IMG/VR virus record: IMGVR_UViG_3300009705_000019
Coordinates: 1-54,282 of that record
DNA from: a virus
Taxonomy: Duplodnaviria; Caudoviricetes
DNA: 54,282 nt
Reading direction: 5' to 3' (one strand)
The notes under the pieces were generated by a model. The model was given only the letters and a program-made list of their open reading frames with translations. It was not told the DNA's origin and ran no database searches. Shown in pieces: positions 11,026 through 20,282 of this stretch; position 1 is the first letter of the stretch, and the number at the start of each line of letters is the position of its first letter. The translations under genes were made by a program, and so were the position numbers.

Positions 11026-14000
11026 ATGTATGTCGCTCAATGGTTGCAGAATTATGGCTATAACGGCTTGAATGCGGGTGGTCATGGGAATATAGAGGGG
11101 TTAAGGGCTATGAGTGCAATACTGATGGGTCACACCACTATTAGAGAGGCACAGGGAACAATTAGGCTCTATAATCAAAATGGAACAGAACGATATTCAC
11201 GTGGAGAAGGAATAGGCGATGCACTAAACCCGACCAGTTCAATACGTGTAATAAAAGGTATTGATATTGACAATGATGGGGAAGATATGAACCGCCAATT
11301 CTATGTGGCTGAACCATATGTTGGTATAAATTTAAGCCGAAGATTACCTGTGAGAGCATGGGGAATAAGGGGCGCATCTGGTATAGAAAATATGATGGGT
11401 GGCGATCCAACCGAACAAGCAAATGACTATGCCATGCTACAAAGCGCACGATTCGATGGAGGGAGACATGATTTAACCCAAGAAATCCCATATTGGTTCA
11501 CCAACTTATATGATACAACCATTAAGGAAACAACCTTTGTTGAACAAACAATTCCGGTTGGTTTTGTTGCGAGCGACTTCACCACAGAAGCACACCCGTT
11601 TGAGAGGAACATAAGGCAAAGCAACGACCCTCCAAAGGAACAGGATGTGCAAATTGGAATTGGTGCAAATTTAGGAATTACTCAAAACGGAATGCTCGCC
11701 CCTGATGCAATGGCCGCAGGTGCTTGGGATTATGAATTAAATGATACAAGGCCGACTACACTACCGATCAATAATCCCGCATTATGGCTAAAGGCTGATT
11801 CACTTACATTAGATGATGGCGCAGCCGTGACTTCATGGATTGATTCATCACCAAACGCATTTGAATTCACGCAAGGCACAGCATCAGCGCAGCCGTCACT
11901 TGTTAAACGAGATGTTGATTTTAACCTAAAACCTCATGTTCATTTTGATGGGGGGGATGGTCTTGCCGTTTCCTTTGATGCAAAATTGAATCCTAATAAC
12001 ATGACTGTTTTTATTGTATCAACGGTTGATTCCGACGATAACGCATATCATGGAATCATAGACAATTTGAACGGGAATACTGGATGGCTTCTTTACGCTA
12101 AAATGAGTGGTTCGGACAATTATTGGCAATGGAGGACTGGAACTGGTTCGGGGCAAACGATAATTTCAGCCGCCGCCGACACCGTAGTTCCAAACACCCC
12201 TTCGATAGTGACATTGAAAATGGAGGGAAGCGACGGGGCAGGTGGAGGAACAACAACTCAAACATTGTCTGTCAATGGTAAATCCGAAGCAACATCAAGT
12301 GCGGTATTCACCAAAAAAACGGCAACAACAAGCACACCAACACTTGGCGTAGTTGGTTCATTCCAATTAACGGGTCAAATGGCTGAGGTCATAATTTATG
12401 ATCGTGACTTAACCACAGCAGAACAATATGAAGTCGAAGCCTACCTCTCTCGAAAATATGGAGTCGCTATTTCAACATCGGCATCATCATCACATACAGG
12501 AATACTTCATCTGGTCGATAACATACCGATTAACAAAGGTAGTGACCCGTTCATTGATTTAGTGCAAAGAAGCGGTAATCCAAATTATGAACAAGAAAAA
12601 TCAGTCGGGGCAATGATAACTCCTTCAACCATACACGGAAGATTCGGTCATGGGAGTGATTTTCACCATTTAAGAGGAAATGCACTTCACACCAATTTCC
12701 ACGCAATCAATGAATCAACAGGGCGATTTTCTTATCCACCAAATGGATTGCACGAAGCCGAAATTGCTTCGAATGCAATCTCACGTGTCACCCCCGATTT
12801 AGTGTCGGAGATTACAGATGTTCGCCAAATCCAATCTCGAACCGAACCCCGTTTAGGATTAGTAATGGAAGTTGAAAGTGAAAGAAATGAAAACAAAAAT
12901 GTTGATTATGCGGTTGTTGGAACGAGAGCCGTTTCATTACATACTGATAAAATTCTTGGTTATCAATTCCCCGTTCTTCCATCCCACGTAGTAAAGACCC
13001 ATTATGCAAATAGTGGTTTTACGGTAAATGGGGTTGGTTCTCCATCAACACTACCAGATTATTCAACAAAACCAACATGGAGTCCAGATTCAAATAGTGC
13101 AAAAGGGGCAATTTTAGGCGGGGTTTTTGCTAATGACACCACCCGAAGCGATTTCAAAACCCATGCTTTAGATGCGTGGGCTGTTCGTGGTTCTGCCGAT
13201 CTCCCTGCGTGGGGTGGCGTATATATTTTGAGAAAAACATATCTAAATCGAGAAGAAGATAGTGATGTTTTGAAAACAGAAGTCGATGGAGGCTCAGGTA
13301 AAGCGAACCCCTCTCACCCTACTCGACGACAAGTGGATTATATCGTGCGGCCTGTAAGACCGTTGAAATTATTTGGTTTCGCATCGGATTTACTGCAAGA
13401 TGGTTGGACTCTTGGACCGAGATGTTCAATTACAGGTGGCGGTTATAATAGCCAACCATTTTCACGTGATAAGCGATACGGTATATTTGAAATGAATGCC
13501 TCGAAGGGAGTTAATGGCATTGAGCCGATTACCTCCGCTACTTCGGGCTTTACCATCGACTACCCAGATGCAAACGAATATGATGTGACTTGGCATCTCA
13601 TCCCTTCGGCAAATATGCTTCAACATTTCAAATCCGATGCACATAGGTATGATGATAAAGGCAATTTCAATTCAAAGATTGAAGCAAGGTATTCTCAATC
13701 ATCCCATACTGGCGGTGGAGAGCCGGTGTATCAATCGGAAACAATTTATGCTGTTCAAAATGGGGTCATGGGGGATCATGCTCGACATATCAAAACCGGA
13801 ACAATAAAACAAGCAACTCAAATAATGAGGCTTTATCCAAATGTCACGGTGATCGGAAATAAAGGAAGTGATGTATATACCGTTGAAGAAGGGTCTGTTT
13901 TACCAGCATCAGGGTATTTAATCGCTCTTGATTATCAAGGTCGTTTGAAATACACCCGTTCTGGAAATGATGTGACTATTGATTATTCGGGAGGCGATAG

Positions 14001-15582
14001 ATTGCGTGACCAACTCAGTTCCATTGTCAGCGAATATGTGGGTATGGTTTGGTATTATTCCGATGTTCTGGGGGGCGGGACAAGTCCAATTAGGACAGTC
14101 GAGGATATAAGAAGCCCACCAGTTGTAATACAAGCCACTTCACCTACCTTTGTTGATAACTCAGTTATTGCTATGAAAATCGAGTCGCAATCATGGTATC
14201 ATTATAACAAGGACATAGATACTGTAAGTAAAACCGCTTTGTCTTACAGGGGATTATTACATTATGAGCCAAGTGATTTCATTATGGCGGGGCAACAAAC
14301 ATTCAACATTTTCGATGGTAATAATCAGGGCGTGGTTGAACATTTGGATGGCGATAAAGACATTTATGTTGATGGCAAAAAATTATCTCCAACCTATGTC
14401 CCTCCTTATTTGATTGATTCCGAAAACATTCGATGGCGTATTGCGGAAATAACAACGGAACATAAGAACATAATTATGAATTTCAAAGGAATGTCTCAAA
14501 AGAGCCTAAGTGGTTCTGGGATGGCAATTGGTAAAGCGATTGCAGGGCAATTTGGTTATATCGGCATAAGGACAACAGATGCCGCATTGCACTTGTTAAA
14601 TGATGCAGGGGGCAATAAATCGGGTGTATCTATCACGCCAACCGATGAGTTCCATGATAACACAAGAGATGTTGAAGGTTATTTGGGCGCACACCCAATG
14701 ATTCGACAAATCAATGACCATAGCACCCGATATATTGCACGTGATACAAGAGGGCTGAATACAATGGAGGTCATGAGAAATCTATCGCAACTCGATGGCC
14801 GTCAAATCCTAAGTGAGAAAAATGGAACAATTCTGTTCTCAAAGAATGTGTTCAAAGAAAGAGGATATAGGATCGGAAATGAAAATGGTTCTGATCTCAT
14901 AAGCGTCAGCAAATTGTTTGATTCACCAAATGAAGTTGTTATTGTAGGTGATGTAATTGCTGGTAATGAAATTGTATTTATTAGAATCAGCGATACTGAG
15001 AAAATACGTCAAGCCGCAGCAGATGGAGAAGAAGGTGTTGTCAAAACATTACGCCAACAAATACCTGGTATCAAAAGCGTTGCTGCTGCACGAAAATTGG
15101 CTAAAGCCTTGCTCGCAAGAGCAGAAAACGGTGCGCCTATGATTACCATTGAAGGTTTGATGAATGCCACTTCTATTATTGCTGGCGATATTATAGATGT
15201 TCATTTACCCAATCAAGGAGTTGTAGGGAGATTTGCCGTGTTTGAAGCAAAGCATAAATTACATTCTTTACGAACCAACCTTATTATTGGTCAATATGAG
15301 AAAGGAATTGAAGGGCTTCTGGTCGATGTCAAATCAGCGACTATTATTACAAGCGGTTTGAATGAAAGTTCAGGCGATAAAGACATCAAAGAAAACCTTA
15401 CTATGTCCTCGACAGTCAATATCATTTCAGTTCACAGAATCCGTGTCCGAAACGTCAATGAAACAGGTTTCATCATCGGCGCAAAACACAAAAACGGTCT
15501 TGGAAGGATAGGTGTTAGGGATGATAATAAAAGAGCGTTCCCTCTCGGCATGAGTAAGAGTCGCAACTTCGTGGTGAAATGA
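11026..15582 (+). CDS. Large tail/baseplate-hub-like protein with internal LamG domain; probably the C-terminal part of one 8092-15582 gene
   Basis: In frame with 8092. LamG module at ~11776-12459. The C-terminus (AARKLAKALL...IIAGDIIDV...FAVFEAKH) resembles tail-tip/hub proteins. Confidence 0.65.
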   Translation: MYVAQWLQNYGYNGLNAGGHGNIEGLRAMSAILMGHTTIREAQGTIRLYNQNGTERYSRGEGIGDALNPTSSIRVIKGIDIDNDGEDMNRQFYVAEPYVGINLSRRLPVRAWGIRGASGIENMMGGDPTEQANDYAMLQSARFDGGRHDLTQEIPYWFTNLYDTTIKETTFVEQTIPVGFVASDFTTEAHPFERNIRQSNDPPKEQDVQIGIGANLGITQNGMLAPDAMAAGAWDYELNDTRPTTLPINNPALWLKADSLTLDDGAAVTSWIDSSPNAFEFTQGTASAQPSLVKRDVDFNLKPHVHFDGGDGLAVSFDAKLNPNNMTVFIVSTVDSDDNAYHGIIDNLNGNTGWLLYAKMSGSDNYWQWRTGTGSGQTIISAAADTVVPNTPSIVTLKMEGSDGAGGGTTTQTLSVNGKSEATSSAVFTKKTATTSTPTLGVVGSFQLTGQMAEVIIYDRDLTTAEQYEVEAYLSRKYGVAISTSASSSHTGILHLVDNIPINKGSDPFIDLVQRSGNPNYEQEKSVGAMITPSTIHGRFGHGSDFHHLRGNALHTNFHAINESTGRFSYPPNGLHEAEIASNAISRVTPDLVSEITDVRQIQSRTEPRLGLVMEVESERNENKNVDYAVVGTRAVSLHTDKILGYQFPVLPSHVVKTHYANSGFTVNGVGSPSTLPDYSTKPTWSPDSNSAKGAILGGVFANDTTRSDFKTHALDAWAVRGSADLPAWGGVYILRKTYLNREEDSDVLKTEVDGGSGKANPSHPTRRQVDYIVRPVRPLKLFGFASDLLQDGWTLGPRCSITGGGYNSQPFSRDKRYGIFEMNASKGVNGIEPITSATSGFTIDYPDANEYDVTWHLIPSANMLQHFKSDAHRYDDKGNFNSKIEARYSQSSHTGGGEPVYQSETIYAVQNGVMGDHARHIKTGTIKQATQIMRLYPNVTVIGNKGSDVYTVEEGSVLPASGYLIALDYQGRLKYTRSGNDVTIDYSGGDRLRDQLSSIVSEYVGMVWYYSDVLGGGTSPIRTVEDIRSPPVVIQATSPTFVDNSVIAMKIESQSWYHYNKDIDTVSKTALSYRGLLHYEPSDFIMAGQQTFNIFDGNNQGVVEHLDGDKDIYVDGKKLSPTYVPPYLIDSENIRWRIAEITTEHKNIIMNFKGMSQKSLSGSGMAIGKAIAGQFGYIGIRTTDAALHLLNDAGGNKSGVSITPTDEFHDNTRDVEGYLGAHPMIRQINDHSTRYIARDTRGLNTMEVMRNLSQLDGRQILSEKNGTILFSKNVFKERGYRIGNENGSDLISVSKLFDSPNEVVIVGDVIAGNEIVFIRISDTEKIRQAAADGEEGVVKTLRQQIPGIKSVAAARKLAKALLARAENGAPMITIEGLMNATSIIAGDIIDVHLPNQGVVGRFAVFEAKHKLHSLRTNLIIGQYEKGIEGLLVDVKSATIITSGLNESSGDKDIKENLTMSSTVNIISVHRIRVRNVNETGFIIGAKHKNGLGRIGVRDDNKRAFPLGMSKSRNFVVK

Positions 15583-15583
15583 T

Positions 15584-15820
15584 ATGAGCGCATTTGAAAA
15601 AACATGGGATTTGATGAAAGCAGGGGTCAAACGCCTCAATACCGATACGAACGTTCCTATGCCCTGCCCTGAATGTAGGGGTCCGATGGAACATCAAGAT
15701 GGTTATGTTGGTTCAAGTGGCCGTTTTGTCGAACCAGCGTATATGTGCATGGACCCAAAAACAGGTTATTGCGAAGCAAAAAGGCATGATGTGAAAAGTT
15801 CATTGAAGAAGGTGGAATGA
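15584..15820 (+). CDS. Small Zn-ribbon protein with N-terminal FxxxW..K tag
   Basis: GGTGA RBS. Starts MSAFEKTWDLMKA; CPEC...C...C. Confidence 0.75.
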   Translation: MSAFEKTWDLMKAGVKRLNTDTNVPMPCPECRGPMEHQDGYVGSSGRFVEPAYMCMDPKTGYCEAKRHDVKSSLKKVE

Positions 15821-15821
15821 A

Positions 15822-16226
15822 ATGAGCGATGGGAACTGTTATCAATGCGCTTTTCAAGCACTTATGACTGGAAATCCTGATTGGAAAAACCCACGTTTGA
15901 TTCATAGCGACATAACGCATTCTCAAACAGGAGATCCATATTCTCATGCCTATGTTGTTTATGATAAAGAACTTGATTTTCCCGAACCTGCACCTAAAGA
16001 ATGGGGCGATTATAGGCCATCAATGGAGTTTGTGCATGACCAATCTAATTCCTTCAAAGGATCAGACGACATACCCCGTATGTTCTATGAAATGAATGCA
16101 AAACCAATCCGTGATACAATGCGTGAATACACACCTGAACAAATGGGGGAACAGGCAATGAAGCATTCACATTACGGACCCTGGCCTGATGAAGAAGCAT
16201 TTGAAAAAGCATGGATGGTGATTTGA
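15822..16226 (+). CDS. Putative transglutaminase/papain-like Cys-His-Asp enzyme with C-terminal FxxAW tag
   Basis: GNCYQCA...SHAYVV...VHDQS pattern; ends EEAFEKAWMVI. Confidence 0.5.
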   Translation: MSDGNCYQCAFQALMTGNPDWKNPRLIHSDITHSQTGDPYSHAYVVYDKELDFPEPAPKEWGDYRPSMEFVHDQSNSFKGSDDIPRMFYEMNAKPIRDTMREYTPEQMGEQAMKHSHYGPWPDEEAFEKAWMVI

Positions 16227-16227
16227 T

Positions 16228-16569
16228 ATGCCCGTTCTCGACCCCCTAAAAGCCGCTTTGACAGACCACCTGCAAACGCTCATCAAGAAGTGTTCACTTG
16301 GTTCTGGCAGTTCCGATGCTTCGAGCCGTGATGGAGGCGCAGGGAATACCAAAATGAGCCGTGATACACTGGTGCAACGCATTGATGAGCGAACAATCTC
16401 AGTTAGCGCACTATTCGACACCCAGTTAAGCAGCGCACAGGCAATTACTGAGGTTGCACTTCATGGCATAAACCCCCTCGATTCGCCGTCTTTTAGGGCT
16501 ACATTCATGCCTATTACTAAGAACGGGACAAATGAGATTAGGATTGATATTTTGATGGAGATTAGATAA
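16228..16569 (+). CDS. Small baseplate/tail-collar-like protein
   Basis: LGSG...SVSALF...ITEVAL...RATFMPITK...IRIDI pattern typical of tail-fibre attachment domains; GGTGA RBS. Confidence 0.55.
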   Translation: MPVLDPLKAALTDHLQTLIKKCSLGSGSSDASSRDGGAGNTKMSRDTLVQRIDERTISVSALFDTQLSSAQAITEVALHGINPLDSPSFRATFMPITKNGTNEIRIDILMEIR

Positions 16570-16952
16570 TGTCCGATAAAAAAAGTGAAGAAAAGAGCGA
16601 TGAAAAGATTGCACCACTTGTCGCAGGTGCAGCAAGAGTTGGGGTGGCCGCAGCAAAGAATCCAGCAGTTCGAGGGGCAGTTAGCGGTGCGGTATCAGGA
16701 ATGATGGCGAAGAAGTCTTTTGATACGGCATGGGACTCGATCACCAAAGCCAAGTTCAAAGGCTACACCCGTTCCAACATCAGCGAAAGGCCATACAGAC
16801 AGGCTGAACATCGTGTCTGGGATATTTCACGTAAAGTAAAGCGAGAGCGCACCAAGAAAAGATATGCTCGCAATAAGAGCAGGGGCGTTGTTCGCCCCGC
16901 CATGCGTAGGCAATTAGGATCAGGTGGCAAAAGAGCCTCAACAAAAAGGTGA
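16569..16952 (+). CDS. Basic (Arg/Lys-rich C-terminus) protein with internal FxxAW..K tag; possible DNA-condensing core protein
   Basis: KKSFDTAWDSITKA followed by a highly basic tail; TAATG coupling. Confidence 0.6.
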   Translation: MSDKKSEEKSDEKIAPLVAGAARVGVAAAKNPAVRGAVSGAVSGMMAKKSFDTAWDSITKAKFKGYTRSNISERPYRQAEHRVWDISRKVKRERTKKRYARNKSRGVVRPAMRRQLGSGGKRASTKR

Positions 16953-16960
16953 GGCTTGAT

Positions 16961-18136
16961 ATGGTATTCAATACAGCATGGGCTTTAATGAAGGCAGACG
17001 AGTTGAATGTGGTTGAAACCTATGCTGGCGCAGGTGGGCATGACGATATACACGCAGGTTGGGGTCAAGCGGCGAGAGATCGAGGCCATAACGTGCTACG
17101 AAACGAAATCATGTATGCAGGGAATCCAGAAGAAAAGTGGGCTGATTATGACTTAGGTTATATGCCCGAATTACCAGGAAACATCCTTAATTTCAGCGCA
17201 CAGGATATTATCAATCAATTGAATGGAAAAACGCCAGATGTGTTCTATGCTTCCCCGCCATGTGAAGGTCATTCTGTATCTGCAAGAATGCAGGGATGGA
17301 CTGATTGGATGGGCGATAAGAAGAAAAAAGACGCTTTCAATCGAGCGAGAAACGAAGGCGATTTAGATTATTTCAAAGACCCAAGCGTTGGTCCAACACC
17401 TGGAAACGACGCTGCGAGAACTGGGCGTGAATTGATGAATCATACATTGAAATTGATTGATGATTTACAGGATTACAGAACAAATCATGAGGGAAGAGAT
17501 AAAGACGACCCAATGTATCATTGGCTTGAAAATCCAACTGGAATGATGCGCTATCAACCTGAAATGGGTGGAAGAACATTGGGACAACCGCATGGAACTA
17601 ATTTGAAAGGCAAGGATATTCCTTTCCCAACGATCAACCATGCTTCATATTCTGGTCCATTCGCTGAAATGTTGGGGATGCCAAGACACGACATACCGAA
17701 TCACCCATCTATGCCTTCACGAAAACCAACAGACCTTTGGACTAATGCAAGCGATATTTGGCGACCAAGACCACATACTCGAAGAGGATTGCATCAAGAC
17801 GCACCAGTATTCGATACACCATTAGGAGAACTTCAAGCAAAATTCGGCAACCGTGTTGAAGAAGTTCCAAAGAGAGAAAATGTAAAACGTTTTGGAGATG
17901 CGGGAGTTTATCACGAATGGGGTCCAAGAGGGGCAAAGACAGGAACTCAAGGCATCAAAGGATTTGAGTTAAAAGATGGAACAAAGATACCAAAATACCA
18001 CGCCAAATCATTGATTCCTTATGGCTTGGGCGAAGATACAATCATTGCAGTTGAAAGGGCTTTAGCAGGGAATCAGTCACAATATCCAATACTGTCACGA
18101 AACGACAATCCAAATAAAACAATTTTTGATTTTTAA
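16961..18136 (+). CDS. Divergent C5-cytosine DNA methyltransferase-like protein with N-terminal FxxAW..K tag
   Basis: Motif I ETYAGAGG, motif IV YASPPCEGHS, motif VI WLENP, RKPTDLWT. GGTGAGG RBS favours ATG 16961 (MVFNTAWALMKA). Confidence 0.7.
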   Translation: MVFNTAWALMKADELNVVETYAGAGGHDDIHAGWGQAARDRGHNVLRNEIMYAGNPEEKWADYDLGYMPELPGNILNFSAQDIINQLNGKTPDVFYASPPCEGHSVSARMQGWTDWMGDKKKKDAFNRARNEGDLDYFKDPSVGPTPGNDAARTGRELMNHTLKLIDDLQDYRTNHEGRDKDDPMYHWLENPTGMMRYQPEMGGRTLGQPHGTNLKGKDIPFPTINHASYSGPFAEMLGMPRHDIPNHPSMPSRKPTDLWTNASDIWRPRPHTRRGLHQDAPVFDTPLGELQAKFGNRVEEVPKRENVKRFGDAGVYHEWGPRGAKTGTQGIKGFELKDGTKIPKYHAKSLIPYGLGEDTIIAVERALAGNQSQYPILSRNDNPNKTIFDF

Positions 18137-18372
18137 TTTAATGGATGTTGAATTTTACGATCACCAAGAGTCCATCGAAGTGTTTTGATTACACCCTCCA
18201 ACGCCTTCTTGTTTCGAGCGCATTCCTTCATTGTTTCTTTATCGTTATTCGCCCTTGCATTATGAAAATCCATTATCCATTTGGTTTGTTTCGTTTCCGC
18301 TTTTTCAAGCATGGATTCAATTTGTTCCCATGAACGTTCATAGGTGAAATTTTCAGCGTCTATACTAAGCAT
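18133..18372 (-). CDS. Small helical hypothetical protein
   Basis: 79-aa ORF converging on the MTase with overlapping TAA/TAA stops; TATA-like GTTAAATA ~30 nt upstream. Confidence 0.65.
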   Translation of the reverse strand: MLSIDAENFTYERSWEQIESMLEKAETKQTKWIMDFHNARANNDKETMKECARNKKALEGVIKTLRWTLGDRKIQHPLN

Positions 18373-18413
18373 ACCAACAGGTTCGGCGCAAGATGCTTTC
18401 TATTTAACATTGT

Positions 18414-19568
18414 TCATATGTGTCCCGCATGAACATAGGTGATTACTGCGACGTGTGCGGTAGGTATTCCAATCGCACCAGGATCTGACAAGTCCAGCGA
18501 AACGGGGGTCACTTGATAATCAATCTGGTTTAGCAAGGTTTTGAGATGAGCATTCGCAGGGTCATAAACGTCAATAGTGACTAAAGGGGTAAAACCATCT
18601 TCTTCACTTAGAAGGGGTTTGAACGCAAGACCGTTTGGTGCTGCCAATCCAAAAGGCAACACAAGCGGCGTGTTATAAGGAATAGCGGGGGTTATAGAGG
18701 TTCGGTGAACCGGCGTAATTTGATAAACACCGCCGCCGCCCAAAGCCGCCCCAAGCCCTTGATCCGACTGGTAAAATAAATGTGTTTGACCTGCACCTTG
18801 AGGTGTAAGTGTAGGATCGAAAGGGTTTCGAGTGAATAATACGCCAAGTTCAGGGATTGGCAAATTAGCCCCATTAAAGGTAGCGATGAAATCATTTCTA
18901 AGGTTTGATTCGCTGCTATCAATATGTTTCATAGCAGATAACGCTATTGGACCTGCTCGAATAAACACCCTCTTATCCTCTATGGCGAGGATAACGGGGG
19001 CTGATGCACCTTTACCGACTCTAACTGCCGCTAAGACCGTATTCTGTAAGACAAGGTGGTTGGAAGAGGATTGAGGGTATAGCCCAGTTCCCGTATCGAC
19101 ATAAGAGCCGTAAGTGAATCCGATATTGTTTGGTAATCGAGGATCAACATAAACCAGAAGAATTGCCTCATCGGTTGGGGTTAATCCGTTTGGCATTGCC
19201 GCACCGTGATAATCAGGGATTAGATAATTTGTTATTGCTGAAATATCTAAAACAGATGCAGAACCTACATTGTAAAACATTCCATCGAGTTGAACAACGC
19301 CAGCATCAACATACAATTCCGAAGTGCTACCTAATGTTCCATTTGGGCGAACACAGGCATTCCCGCTAACTGGATTATTTCGATTTACTTCATTGTATCT
19401 GTTGAGGGTGATCGGAATTACGCCATTACTTAGACCACGTTCAACACTATTTGTTAGTGTAGGGCTGGTGAGAACATCGGAATCCCTAAGCCCATCATTT
19501 TGATAGGTTGATGCGCCAGTTGCGGTCTTTTCATGACCCTCAGCGAGATTGGTATTTGACAATATCAA
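18414..19568 (-). CDS. Putative structural (baseplate/tail-fibre-like) protein
   Basis: LYVDAGVVQLDG...VLAAVRV...IEDKRVFI pattern seen in tail-fibre N-termini. The start may be TTG 19562. Confidence 0.5.
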   Translation of the reverse strand: MILSNTNLAEGHEKTATGASTYQNDGLRDSDVLTSPTLTNSVERGLSNGVIPITLNRYNEVNRNNPVSGNACVRPNGTLGSTSELYVDAGVVQLDGMFYNVGSASVLDISAITNYLIPDYHGAAMPNGLTPTDEAILLVYVDPRLPNNIGFTYGSYVDTGTGLYPQSSSNHLVLQNTVLAAVRVGKGASAPVILAIEDKRVFIRAGPIALSAMKHIDSSESNLRNDFIATFNGANLPIPELGVLFTRNPFDPTLTPQGAGQTHLFYQSDQGLGAALGGGGVYQITPVHRTSITPAIPYNTPLVLPFGLAAPNGLAFKPLLSEEDGFTPLVTIDVYDPANAHLKTLLNQIDYQVTPVSLDLSDPGAIGIPTAHVAVITYVHAGHI

Positions 19569-20110
19569 TCACCTTCTGGGAGGGGCAGCGCACCTTTATG
19601 GTTTGAATCATAAGGTGTTATCCAGTCAGGGTTGCCGTTGCTTTCCTCGTCGCCTAATTGGTAGCCAACATCCTTTCCGCAATAAATACAATCTTCGTAA
19701 AAATCAGCCGATTCATGCTTACAATGAGGGCAGAAAATCTTACCGTGAACTGGTTTGTGGGATAAACGATGAATGAAACCGTTTTTATCTTCTTTTGGGG
19801 GATATTCTTCTTCTTCTTCTTCTTCATCATAAAGACCCATAGATGAATGAGGACTCATTCGTTGCCCCCCTGATGAATATAATTCTTCTTCTTCATCAAT
19901 GGTTTCCCACCAATCGGACTTCATGATTTTCCATGTTATTTCAAAGGAGTTATCGGCTGATTTGTGGTAGTATTGGTGTTTCGGATCTTCATGAATGACT
20001 TCTTGCCATGAACAGCCTTCAATATCTTTACAGGCAACCCATGTATCATCAACTCGCCTCATTGGACCGTCACAGTCGGGACACTTGCCTAATTTCTCTT
20101 TTTCAGTCAT
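19565..20110 (-). CDS. Double Zn-ribbon protein with internal FxxTW..K tag and acidic tract
   Basis: Start reassigned to ATG 20110 (GGTGGTG RBS, overlap with upstream stop). CPDC..C..C, SFEITWKIMKS, poly-E, CPHC..CIYC. Confidence 0.7.
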   Translation of the reverse strand: MTEKEKLGKCPDCDGPMRRVDDTWVACKDIEGCSWQEVIHEDPKHQYYHKSADNSFEITWKIMKSDWWETIDEEEELYSSGGQRMSPHSSMGLYDEEEEEEEYPPKEDKNGFIHRLSHKPVHGKIFCPHCKHESADFYEDCIYCGKDVGYQLGDEESNGNPDWITPYDSNHKGALPLPEGD

Positions 20111-20282
20111 TTTCAAGCACCACCAGTGGTATTGGCTTTCGCCAGATATAATGACACACAGGGCATTCCCATAAAAAGATGCGGTCACGACTACCTGCAT
20201 AAAAGCCATTTATGCGAATAGCCAGCACATCGGAATCGCAACCTGAACAGGTTTGCATTACCCGATCTCGATACTTCTTCAT
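20103..20282 (-). CDS. 59-aa Zn-ribbon microprotein (not in ORF track)
   Basis: Own translation: MKKYRDRVMQTCSGCDSDVLAIRINGFYAGSRDRIFLWECPVCHYIWRKPIPLVVLEND. It overlaps both neighbouring genes. Confidence 0.75.
   Translation of the reverse strand: MKKYRDRVMQTCSGCDSDVLAIRINGFYAGSRDRIFLWECPVCHYIWRKPIPLVVLEND

Noticed and set aside
18133-18372. YERSWEQIESMLEK as an eleventh tag copy
   Set aside because: It has Y instead of F and the Lys is misplaced; too weak to count without an HMM score.
20111-20209. Hydrophobic N-terminal extension of ORF 19565-20209
   Set aside because: Better explained by the overlapping 59-aa Zn-ribbon gene in another frame and a start at 20110.
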